A stretch of 36,088 nt of DNA from the IMG/VR virus record IMGVR_UViG_3300032227_000453, positions 1 through 36,088 of that record; one strand, given 5' to 3'. The translations under genes and the position numbers were made by a program. Shown in pieces: positions 1 to 6,026 of the stretch (the stretch's first letter is position 1; every line of letters begins with the position of its first letter). The DNA comes from a virus. Taxonomy: Duplodnaviria; Caudoviricetes. The notes beneath the pieces were generated by a model. It saw only the letters and a program-made list of their open reading frames with translations, was not told the DNA's origin and did not search any database.

Positions 1-96
1 GCCTACGGACTGCACAACACCAAAACTGGAAAGAGCGAAATATGGCAAGTCGTAAAGGACGGAAAGGACTGGATCAGCCCAATGGGCAAACTCTAA
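1..96 (+). CDS. 3' end of a gene truncated by the window edge (...AYGLHNTKTGKSEIWQVVKDGKDWISPMGKL*)
   Basis: Frame 1 is open from base 1 to TAA at 94-96; same strand as the late arm. Confidence 0.5.
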   Translation, partial: AYGLHNTKTGKSEIWQVVKDGKDWISPMGKL

Positions 97-305
97 GCGC
101 GTTGGACCGTGCGCTGGCGGAGTTCGCGGATTACGAGACGCTAAAGCCGGACGAGTTCACGGTTCAAATGGTTGCGGACAAGAACCCTGGCGTGCCAAGG
201 ACCACCATGGCGCATCGGTTTGACGAGCTAGTTCGGAAGGGCGTAATGGACAAGCGCAAGCTCATTGTGGGTGGCAAAGTCACCTGCGCCTACCGCTACG
301 TGTGA
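42..305 (+). CDS. Hypothetical protein, possibly winged-helix; last gene of the plus-strand arm
   Basis: 87 aa ORF converging on the minus-strand arm with a 10-bp overlap. Confidence 0.6.
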   Translation: MASRKGRKGLDQPNGQTLSALDRALAEFADYETLKPDEFTVQMVADKNPGVPRTTMAHRFDELVRKGVMDKRKLIVGGKVTCAYRYV

Positions 306-535
306 TCACCGTCGATGCGTAGCCGTCCCTCTTCCTGCGCCACCAGCAGCTCGAAGCCTGACGTGTAGCCGAAGCCGGGTTCCGGGCTGGCCGCGTCGAT
401 CTCACGTGCCTGCTCCAGCGTGTGGCGGGGGTACTTCTCCAGCAGGTCGAGGTCTTTCTGGTTGATCGCCGGGACTTGCGCTCGGCGCATCTTCGCCAGT
501 GCCTGCATGGCTAGCTGTTTCTCCTCCTCGGTCAT
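296..535 (-). CDS. Hypothetical protein
   Basis: 79 aa; ATGA overlap with the upstream gene at 532-535. Confidence 0.7.
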   Translation of the reverse strand: MTEEEKQLAMQALAKMRRAQVPAINQKDLDLLEKYPRHTLEQAREIDAASPEPGFGYTSGFELLVAQEEGRLRIDGDHT

Positions 536-753
536 GGCGTTTCGCTGAGTTTCGCAAGCTGCCGTTCCAGCCGCTCAATCTTGGCAAGCAAACCAGCCTC
601 CCGCTCGGCGGACATGCCCAGCAGGCGGGCTTGTTCTTCGCCTTCCTCGCGGGCTGCGGCAAGTTCACGTTCGAGCTGCTTTGATGTCTCATAGACCTTG
701 ACGATGCTTTCGTTCGCAGCCGCATCAGTCCTCGGTGTCGGTCGTAGTCTCAT
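532..753 (-). CDS. Coiled-coil 'TPRTD...LERELA' family protein, paralog 1
   Basis: Start set at MRLRPTPRTD (ATG 753), identical to the N-terminus of the 1092-1640 product; ATGA coupling at the 3' end. Confidence 0.7.
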   Translation of the reverse strand: MRLRPTPRTDAAANESIVKVYETSKQLERELAAAREEGEEQARLLGMSAEREAGLLAKIERLERQLAKLSETP

Positions 754-811
754 GGTTTCTTGGTGATCTGTGGTGTTCGCCAAAAACGACGAATTGTCGC
801 CGTATGCGCCC

Positions 812-1099
812 TCATTTCGACAGTCTTGGCGAGTTGTGAGCAATGTAGTTTTTCCATTCTCCAGCATCACGAATGGCTTCGGCATTTCGGATTATTTCCG
901 TTACTCCAGCACAATCTTGGCGCATGGCCCTGAGCTTTTCTAGGCAGTATTCCAGCGCGGAGTCGAGAGCAACCTCGCGCCGGGACCGCCAGTCCACGTC
1001 ATAGCATCCGCATTCGCATTCTCCATGTGCTGAGCAAGCGCAGCCATCGCCGGGGAGATGGCCAGCCACAACGCTAACAAGCCGTTCGATGTTACTCAT
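812..1099 (-). CDS. Hypothetical Cys-rich protein (CxC...CxCxC)
   Basis: 95 aa; overlaps the upstream stop; starts in an attC-like left half-site and ends through a degenerate att-like site. Confidence 0.65.
   Translation of the reverse strand: MSNIERLVSVVAGHLPGDGCACSAHGECECGCYDVDWRSRREVALDSALEYCLEKLRAMRQDCAGVTEIIRNAEAIRDAGEWKNYIAHNSPRLSK
1072..1095 (+). mobile_element. Orphan left half of an attC-like site
   Basis: CGCTAAC-AAGCC-GTTCGATG resembles R''-spacer-L'' of the intact sites; no matching right arm found. Confidence 0.4.
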
Positions 1100-1640
1100 T
1101 GGCTCCTCTTTCTATCGCATCGAGCGCATCAGCAAGAGCGCGGATGAACAAACCGGTGTGCGGCGCGTCCTTCCATAACGGGGTCTCCCATCGATCGACA
1201 ACCGCTTTAGCAGCCTCTGCCAGCTTGTTACGTTGTTCTTCGGTTTTTTTTCGCAACATTTCGGATGACAAAGCAAGGCGTTGCCACGAATCAAGTTGCT
1301 CTCGCGCTTCGTTACGTTCACGTTGCAGCTCCGCCATCCTATCGTTCAGGTGTTTGGCAGCGTCAGACAGAACCCGCCGCTCCTTCTCAGACTCCTCCAG
1401 CTTGCGTGCCAGCACGTCAGCCTTCAGCTTCCAGCTCATCGACTGGTTTGCCCAGCTCTCGCATTGCTCCTCCATCTCGGCGAGTTCACGTTCGAGCTGT
1501 CTAGCAAAAGTCGGCCATTCATACGTTGCGGGGGCTAGGCTACTTTCAAAGCCATACAAATCAAAGTGGCGAATGCCTTCTTCGTTTTGATCCGTCCTCG
1601 GTGTTGGTCGTAGTCTCATGGTTTTGAAGTTTTGATTCAC
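1092..1640 (-). CDS. Coiled-coil 'TPRTD...LERELA' family protein, paralog 2 (start GTG 1640 or ATG 1619)
   Basis: Shares N-terminus with 532-753 and a C-terminal module (VVDRWETPLWKDAPHTGLFIRALADALD) with 1887-2315. Confidence 0.75.
   Translation of the reverse strand: MNQNFKTMRLRPTPRTDQNEEGIRHFDLYGFESSLAPATYEWPTFARQLERELAEMEEQCESWANQSMSWKLKADVLARKLEESEKERRVLSDAAKHLNDRMAELQRERNEAREQLDSWQRLALSSEMLRKKTEEQRNKLAEAAKAVVDRWETPLWKDAPHTGLFIRALADALDAIERGANE
1119..1196. repeat. 78-bp perfect direct repeat, copy 1
   Basis: Identical to 1974-2051 by manual alignment. Confidence 0.9.
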
Positions 1641-1673
1641 CCGATCTTTGGCGAGTAATCTTGGATGTTAGCT
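1626..1673 (+). mobile_element. Array-head recombination site (attI-position, atypical attC-like), array 1
   Basis: R box GTTAGCT at 1667-1673; 32/35 nt identical to 4223-4257; short GATTCAC/GTAATC stem; no AAC-containing R''. Confidence 0.65.
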
Positions 1674-1877
1674 TGGAATTTCAATGTATGCGATTCCGTC
1701 ACATTTTTCGCAAATATATCTTTCTGCCGTGTCAGCATCGGCATTACATGGATTGCCATCTTCGTCGTATGCTTGGTATTCAATTCCATTGCTGTCGCAA
1801 GCCGGGCATTTGCGGAATCTTACTTCTCCGCATATTACCTGTCTTAGCCATTCGTTTGAGCATTCTGTGTATTTCAT
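1668..1877 (-). CDS. Cassette K1 protein, small putative Zn-binding protein (two CxxC)
   Basis: CPAC...CEKC; TAA stop lies in the R box at 1668-1670. Confidence 0.75.
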   Translation of the reverse strand: MKYTECSNEWLRQVICGEVRFRKCPACDSNGIEYQAYDEDGNPCNADADTAERYICEKCDGIAYIEIPS

Positions 1878-1965
1878 AAAAGACAGCTAACAAGACGCGC
1901 CATCCAACGGCGTGGGTGTCTCTAGTTGATTTGGTTGTCCTGCGCCACCGTGGATGCGCTTTGCG
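1668..1965 (+). mobile_element. Integron-type gene cassette K1 (298 bp) with inverted gene
   Basis: Begins G|TTAGCT; own R'' is AGCTAAC (exact reverse complement); ends with attC; visibly AT-richer than flanks. Confidence 0.85.
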
Positions 1966-1971
1966 TTCGGC
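1885..1971 (+). mobile_element. attC: attC site (87 bp)
   Basis: R'' AGCTAAC, spacer AAGAC, L'' GCG[C]CATC, C[A]ACGG ... CCGTG, L' GATGCGC, spacer TTTGC, R' GTTCGGC; canonical extrahelical C and A on the top strand. Confidence 0.9.
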
Positions 1972-2315
1972 GAATCGAGCGCATCAGCAAGAGCGCGGAT
2001 GAACAAACCGGTGTGCGGCGCGTCCTTCCATAACGGGGTCTCCCATCGATCAACCACCGCCCTAGCAGCTTCGGCCAGCTGGTCCCGCTGCTCCCGTGCC
2101 TCGGCTAGCCGCTCGATTTCGTCTAGCGATTCAAGCAGTCGCCCTTCTGCCACTGTTTTCCATTCGTCGCGGTCTTTTATCGCATCGGCGAGCTCGCGTT
2201 CAAGCTGGCGGTAAACATCCTCATGCACGACGCTGCAAGGTCGGCTGGAAATCGTGTCCACGCGGTCAATCGGCATCGCTGCCTCGTCAGTCCTCGGTGT
2301 GGGGGTGTCTTTCAT
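1887..2315 (-). CDS. 'TPRTD...LERELA' family protein, paralog 3; C-terminus encoded by attC
   Basis: 142 aa; reads through the whole attC and stops at TAG inside R''. Confidence 0.75.
   Translation of the reverse strand: MKDTPTPRTDEAAMPIDRVDTISSRPCSVVHEDVYRQLERELADAIKDRDEWKTVAEGRLLESLDEIERLAEAREQRDQLAEAARAVVDRWETPLWKDAPHTGLFIRALADALDSPNAKRIHGGAGQPNQLETPTPLDGASC
1974..2051. repeat. 78-bp perfect direct repeat, copy 2
   Basis: Identical to 1119-1196. Confidence 0.9.
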
Positions 2316-2698
2316 ACAAGCTCCTCCGGTAGTTCGTCAGCTTCGATGCGGATCATGGACGCCATTAGTTCTGGAGCCGTGTTGTAGGAATCAACCCAGC
2401 TTCCTCCCCAAACATAGCCGACATCGACCACGTTGTCGCGCACGCGCCAGTAAGTGGTCTTGGATTTGTTCGTGTAGAACTCAAACTCCCGCAGGTCTTC
2501 AGCGGGTTCCTCCTCATCCATCCAGAACGTGGACGGGCTGCTGCATGACGAGATGCCGACGCACTTGAGAATCTCGATGTGGTCACCAGGGTTGCTCGCA
2601 GCCAGCTCCTCGGCAGCTTCTTGCGCTCCCTTAAGGGTGGCGTAGCGCGTCTCGTATTCGAGATCGGACGTGAATTGGACGTAGTATGACGGCTTCAT
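2312..2698 (-). CDS. Hypothetical protein
   Basis: 128 aa; ATGA overlaps at both ends. Confidence 0.75.
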   Translation of the reverse strand: MKPSYYVQFTSDLEYETRYATLKGAQEAAEELAASNPGDHIEILKCVGISSCSSPSTFWMDEEEPAEDLREFEFYTNKSKTTYWRVRDNVVDVGYVWGGSWVDSYNTAPELMASMIRIEADELPEELV

Positions 2699-2913
2699 GG
2701 TTGTCCCTCCTTCTTCCAGACCATGATCTCCAGCGTCTCATCGAAGCCGATAAACGTCTTGCAGCCATTGTGGTCGTAGCCTTCCGGGTTCCTCACTCCC
2801 TTGACCCACAGCCCGTCTTCGCCGATGTCGAGGATCTCGTAGGACACCCACTCCGACCCGTCATCCCATGCGCTGGTCTTCCAAAATACTAGGATTCTAT
2901 CTCCAATTTTCAT
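2695..2913 (-). CDS. Hypothetical protein
   Basis: 72 aa; fits the operon tiling. Confidence 0.7.
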   Translation of the reverse strand: MKIGDRILVFWKTSAWDDGSEWVSYEILDIGEDGLWVKGVRNPEGYDHNGCKTFIGFDETLEIMVWKKEGQP

Positions 2914-2917
2914 AGCT

Positions 2918-3220
2918 TCAGATTGTTTGTCGTAGATCTCGGTAAATTCTGTTCACTGATTTGTTGCCCTTGAGCATCTGGCGGCGTCTCCAGTTCTTGA
3001 GCGAGTTCAGGACCAGTCCGAACTGCAGCTCGACCATCGCGAGACTCGCGCCGTTTGGCCTTGCCTTCTCGTAAGTCTGGTTCGCTTTCTCCATCAGCGC
3101 GTCAACCTCTGGCCGACCGCGCCCGGGTGCGATGTTCGTCTTGCGTTCCGGCTTCGGTGCGGATCTCGGGATCTTCGCGGCAGCCTGCCGGGCTAGCTCT
3201 AGTTCTCGGGGAGTGATCAC
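2918..3220 (-). CDS. Hypothetical basic protein, possible HTH
   Basis: GTG at 3220 overlaps the upstream TGA (GTGA); helix-turn-helix-like C-terminal half. Confidence 0.6.
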   Translation of the reverse strand: MITPRELELARQAAAKIPRSAPKPERKTNIAPGRGRPEVDALMEKANQTYEKARPNGASLAMVELQFGLVLNSLKNWRRRQMLKGNKSVNRIYRDLRQTI

Positions 3221-3372
3221 TCCAGTTCGTTGTCCCATTCGATGAGCCCGATGAGGATGGCCAGTGCTGCCCCTAGCGCGAACCAGATGGCAAGCTGGGC
3301 GTCCCCTGTTGCGGCGGCTACGGCTGCGGCTACGACGAGCCATCCGCCCGCCCCTAAGATGATGAGTTTCAT
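3217..3372 (-). CDS. Small two-TM membrane protein
   Basis: MKLIILGAGGWLVVAAAV...LAIWFALGAALAILIGLI; two hydrophobic stretches. Confidence 0.65.
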   Translation of the reverse strand: MKLIILGAGGWLVVAAAVAAATGDAQLAIWFALGAALAILIGLIEWDNELE

Positions 3373-3379
3373 GGCGTGT

Positions 3380-3610
3380 TCAGTTCGATTGATTGGTTTC
3401 CTCATAATCCGGCTCGACTGTAAAGCCGCTTTTGAGTTCATGGTGAAAAATGTAGGACGCTAGGGCGCGGTCGCTTTCCTCTTGGAGCCGGCTGCATCCG
3501 CCCTGACAAATCAGCGGACTCTCCACGATGAACACGGCCTCGACTCGGTGCCCTCCGATTAAGACCCACGCGTTTACCTTGATCCGGCGTTTCTTGCTTT
3601 TCTTTTTCAT
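3380..3610 (-). CDS. Hypothetical protein
   Basis: ATG at 3610 overlaps the stop of the DnaC-like gene. Confidence 0.6.
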   Translation of the reverse strand: MKKKSKKRRIKVNAWVLIGGHRVEAVFIVESPLICQGGCSRLQEESDRALASYIFHHELKSGFTVEPDYEETNQSN

Positions 3611-4227
3611 AGGCCTGACTGCTTTGCTTTCCTGAATGAGTCCCACTCGAACGCCAGCCCGCACCCGTTCTCCCTGATGCGGTCAAGGACAGCAGGTGAT
3701 AGTGACGCCGCGAGCTGCTTCCGTGGGTAATTGCTAATGATGATCGTCGGGCGTTCATGCTGGTAACGGGCATCGATGATGGAGGTGAGCTTGCTGTTCT
3801 CGAACTCCGTCTCAGCTCGTTCTTGGATTTCATCGATCACCAGGAGCGCGGCGTCAACGTAATTCTCCACGATTTCCTTCTCCGACTTCGGCGAGGCGTG
3901 GTGGTAGGACGACTTAATGTCAGAGAATAGGTTCACCGCCGTGGTGTAGAGCATCGGACGCTTGACCGTGGATGCCGTCCAGCCTACCCCGCCAGCCGAT
4001 GCGTTAGGGCGCGATGGCTTGTGGTTCTTTGCCAGCTCCCACGCCATCCTCGTCTTGCCGGTGCCATGCCCGCCGTGCATGATCACAATGCCACCAGAAT
4101 CGATCGCCGCGAGGGCTTGGGCATAGTTGGCGTGCCAGCCCGCCCCCTCGGCTGCAGGGGCGTTCTCGTAGCGTTTCGGGAATCCTTTGAGCGCGTTCAT
4201 GTTTCTGATTGGCGAACGATTGTTCAC
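3607..4227 (-). CDS. DnaC/IstB-like AAA+ ATPase (helicase loader-like); start GTG 4227 or ATG 4200
   Basis: Walker A GGHGTGKT, Walker B LLVIDE, 'IIDARY...PTIIISN...DRI' typical of DnaC/IstB. Confidence 0.88.
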   Translation of the reverse strand: MNNRSPIRNMNALKGFPKRYENAPAAEGAGWHANYAQALAAIDSGGIVIMHGGHGTGKTRMAWELAKNHKPSRPNASAGGVGWTASTVKRPMLYTTAVNLFSDIKSSYHHASPKSEKEIVENYVDAALLVIDEIQERAETEFENSKLTSIIDARYQHERPTIIISNYPRKQLAASLSPAVLDRIRENGCGLAFEWDSFRKAKQSGL

Positions 4228-4260
4228 CCGACCTTTGGCGAGTGAACTTGGATGTTATGC
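4211..4260 (+). mobile_element. Array-head recombination site (attI-position, atypical attC-like), array 2
   Basis: GGCGAAC...GTTCAC...GTGAAC-TTGGAT-GTTATGC; near-identical to 1636-1670; lacks the canonical extrahelical base. Confidence 0.7.
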
Positions 4261-4574
4261 TGGGAATTTTCCACCTCGACGTGCCCCGTGATAAATCCAC
4301 GTTTGGGCATTCTGGCGGAGTGCATGACCGAAAGAATGTCGATACAGGTGTCCACGTGGTCGCCGCGTTTCAGAGGCCCCATGGTGAAGTCTGCGAAGTC
4401 ATCCCACCCCGCTTCCCCGAGGTGTCCGGCAGCGAGCACGCGGTAGTTTCCGACATCGCCACCGCCGCGCATGTCTCCGGCTGTTCCGTCGTTTTCGATC
4501 TCCACTTGCAGGAGTTTGCGTTTTCGGGATTCGTCCCCCCGTGGGATCAGTTCAATGGTAATTCTAAGAGGCAT
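4224..4574 (-). CDS. Cassette K2 hypothetical protein
   Basis: 116 aa; ATG lies in R'' (GCATAAC); TGA overlaps the GTG of the DnaC-like gene inside the array-head site. Confidence 0.75.
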   Translation of the reverse strand: MPLRITIELIPRGDESRKRKLLQVEIENDGTAGDMRGGGDVGNYRVLAAGHLGEAGWDDFADFTMGPLKRGDHVDTCIDILSVMHSARMPKRGFITGHVEVENSQHNIQVHSPKVG

Positions 4575-4667
4575 AACAAGTCGTGGGTGAGCAACCGGGA
4601 TCAGCGGTTGAGTTCATTTTCGTGTTCTGGCTTTTGCACCGCTGATCCCGGTGCCACCACTATTGCG
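4255..4667 (+). mobile_element. Integron-type gene cassette K2 (413 bp) with inverted gene
   Basis: Begins G|TTATGC; own R'' is GCATAAC (exact reverse complement). Confidence 0.85.
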
Positions 4668-4673
4668 TTCTGC
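4571..4673 (+). mobile_element. attC: attC site (103 bp)
   Basis: R'' GCATAAC, AAGTC, GTG[G]GTG[A]GC[A]ACCGGGATCAGCGGT ... ACCGCTGATCCCGGT GC CACCAC, TATTGC, R' GTTCTGC; 15-bp perfect stem, three extrahelical bases. Confidence 0.88.
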
Positions 4674-4882
4674 TCAAATTTTTCCCAATGGTCTTTGTGG
4701 GTTTCGATCCATAGGGAGTGTTCGGGATTTGACCTCGGCGCGAATATCTCCATTCGTCCATCTTTCTTGCTGCGTCGAGCTTCAAGAACTCCAAGAGCAC
4801 CTGATTCCCATTCGGAAGACCGCAGAACAAAGCATCGCATCCGACGCCAAAAAGCATTCAGTTTGAATCGAAGTGTTTTCAT
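4601..4882 (-). CDS. Cassette K3 hypothetical protein
   Basis: 93 aa; starts inside its own attC and stops inside the neighbouring attC. Confidence 0.7.
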   Translation of the reverse strand: MKTLRFKLNAFWRRMRCFVLRSSEWESGALGVLEARRSKKDGRMEIFAPRSNPEHSLWIETHKDHWEKFEQNAIVVAPGSAVQKPEHENELNR

Positions 4883-4903
4883 GGCGCGGATGGATTTTGA
4901 TCG
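4668..4903 (+). mobile_element. Integron-type gene cassette K3 (236 bp) with inverted gene
   Basis: Begins G|TTCTGC; own R'' is GCAGAAC (exact reverse complement). Confidence 0.85.
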
Positions 4904-4909
4904 TTAGCC
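4822..4909 (+). mobile_element. attC: attC site (88 bp)
   Basis: R'' GCAGAAC, AAAGC, ATC[G]CATCCG[A]CGCCA ... TGGCG CGGATG GAT, TTTGATC, R' GTTAGCC; right spacer (7 nt) slightly long. Confidence 0.83.
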
Positions 4910-5154
4910 GAAAGAAATTCCAGCCATTCAGTGATTTTCACGGAGTCTGAGACGTGTTGCCCGCAGTCGAGAATATAGACAAACCTCATGTTTTCTGAGT
5001 CCCATGAGACTTGCGTGAGAATCCAGGCTTTAGGGCAGAACCTATCCACGAATCCGCCTTTTTCGTCGTGCGCGATGCTTCCCCACGAATCAAGAGCGGC
5101 TAACAATGCGTGCGAGGCAACGCCGACAACATCGTTCTTCGATTCGGAATTCAT
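4879..5154 (-). CDS. Cassette K4 hypothetical protein
   Basis: 91 aa; ATGA overlaps at both ends, each inside an attC. Confidence 0.75.
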   Translation of the reverse strand: MNSESKNDVVGVASHALLAALDSWGSIAHDEKGGFVDRFCPKAWILTQVSWDSENMRFVYILDCGQHVSDSVKITEWLEFLSANDQNPSAP

Positions 5155-5178
5155 TCGCGGCGTGCCTCCACTTGATCG
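4904..5178 (+). mobile_element. Integron-type gene cassette K4 (275 bp) with inverted gene
   Basis: Begins G|TTAGCCG; own R'' is CGGCTAAC (8-nt exact reverse complement). Confidence 0.85.
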
Positions 5179-5184
5179 TTCTTT
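5098..5184 (+). mobile_element. attC: attC site (87 bp)
   Basis: R'' GGCTAAC, AATGC, L'' GTG[C]GAGG, CA[A]CGCCG ... CGGCGTG, L' CCTCCAC, TTGATC, R' GTTCTTT; canonical extrahelical C and A. Confidence 0.9.
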
Positions 5185-5369
5185 CCAACAACCCTGCGGA
5201 CCACCTGCCAGACGGCGCGGATGACACCCCTACGCCACCATGGTGCCACGTCTCGCGTGGATCGGTATTCGACACCCCATGCTGGGGTGTAGCGTTTCGG
5301 CTCCTCGGGGCAGTGGCGGCAGGGGATGTGCCGACCGCACTTGCAGATGTATTCGTTCATGGTTTCCAA
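5151..5369 (-). CDS. Hypothetical protein (CxC...CxxC); C-terminus encoded by attC
   Basis: 72 aa; ends ...KNDQVEARRE* with ATGA overlap inside attC. Confidence 0.65.
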   Translation of the reverse strand: METMNEYICKCGRHIPCRHCPEEPKRYTPAWGVEYRSTRDVAPWWRRGVIRAVWQVVRRVVGKNDQVEARRE

Positions 5370-5704
5370 AGATTGAGGGTTCGCAGAAAGGCTTCGGCTC
5401 GTTCGGCGGCGGTTGCGCTAGCTACAGCAAAGTATCCCCATCCGTTTGGGGCGAATCCCTTTTCGTCGCGCTCCGGGCCGATGGTCATTCTTGCTAGCAT
5501 CTCGCCGTATTTGTATTCGAGTTTGGGGTTTGCAATAAAAGCAATTTCAGCTTCGTTCATCGCGTTTAGGTCGTTGAGGTAATCTGGAATCTCATGCATT
5601 CCGTCGGCTGAAAGCTTTGCGCCATTTGGGAAATGCCATTCGCCATCAGATTGATAAAACCCGCAGGCCTGCGCAATGGCGATTCGTTGTTCTTGCTCGT
5701 TCAT
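5357..5704 (-). CDS. Hypothetical phage protein
   Basis: 115 aa; 'IAIAQACG...IPDYLNDLNAM...ATAAERAEAFL' pattern common in phage early regions. Confidence 0.75.
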   Translation of the reverse strand: MNEQEQRIAIAQACGFYQSDGEWHFPNGAKLSADGMHEIPDYLNDLNAMNEAEIAFIANPKLEYKYGEMLARMTIGPERDEKGFAPNGWGYFAVASATAAERAEAFLRTLNLWKP

Positions 5705-5711
5705 GGCTTAT

Positions 5712-5752
5712 TGATTTACCAGTCCTTCAGCGAGTGAACCGGAGTGTTCATT
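5712..5752 (+). mobile_element. Third array-head-type site, apparently empty
   Basis: 26/37 nt ungapped identity to 4220-4256, including GCGAGTGAAC and GTT at the same register; intergenic. Confidence 0.5.
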
Positions 5753-6026
5753 TTGAGTCGAGGATTTGTGAGATCGTGTATCCTTTCTGGAACTGGGTCA
5801 TCATGGAGTAGTCCACCGGAAGCGTCGGCTCGATCTTCTCCGACTCCTGCGTGCGGATGAGCACCTCCAGCGCGGAGCTAGGCGTCCGCCCCTCACGCTT
5901 GGCGAGGCGCATGATTCGCTGGTAGGTCTCCTGTTGCAAGGTAAAATTCACCGCAACCTTCTGCTCCCAGGGCTTGTGGCGTGGCCTTCCCGCCGTGATC
6001 TTGTAACCGTTGTCTCGCGCTCTCAT
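5748..6026 (-). CDS. Ribbon-helix-helix-like DNA-binding protein
   Basis: GRP...VAVNFTLQQETYQRIMRLAKREGRTPSSALEVLI; ATG 6026 overlaps the upstream TGA. Confidence 0.7.
   Translation of the reverse strand: MRARDNGYKITAGRPRHKPWEQKVAVNFTLQQETYQRIMRLAKREGRTPSSALEVLIRTQESEKIEPTLPVDYSMMTQFQKGYTISQILDSK

Noticed and set aside
1119-2051. 78-bp repeat pair as a DGR template/variable repeat
   Set aside because: The copies are identical with no adenine-specific differences, both are coding, and no reverse transcriptase is present.
1966-4254. One large cassette between GTTCGGC (1965) and GGCGAAC (4211)
   Set aside because: The R boxes are not exactly complementary, and the 2.3-kb segment holds several backbone-like genes including the DnaC-like ATPase.
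4209-4907. Plus-strand ORFs (4209-4907, 4651-4866, 1684-1890) as canonical forward cassette genes
   Set aside because: They span cassette boundaries or lack good starts, while minus-strand ORFs tile the operon with ATGA/GTGA overlaps. Not experimentally excluded.
1885-5184. The attC hairpins as simple rho-independent terminators
   Set aside because: They lack U-tracts, lie inside translated sequence, and show extrahelical bases and cross-cassette R-box complementarity that terminators would not explain.
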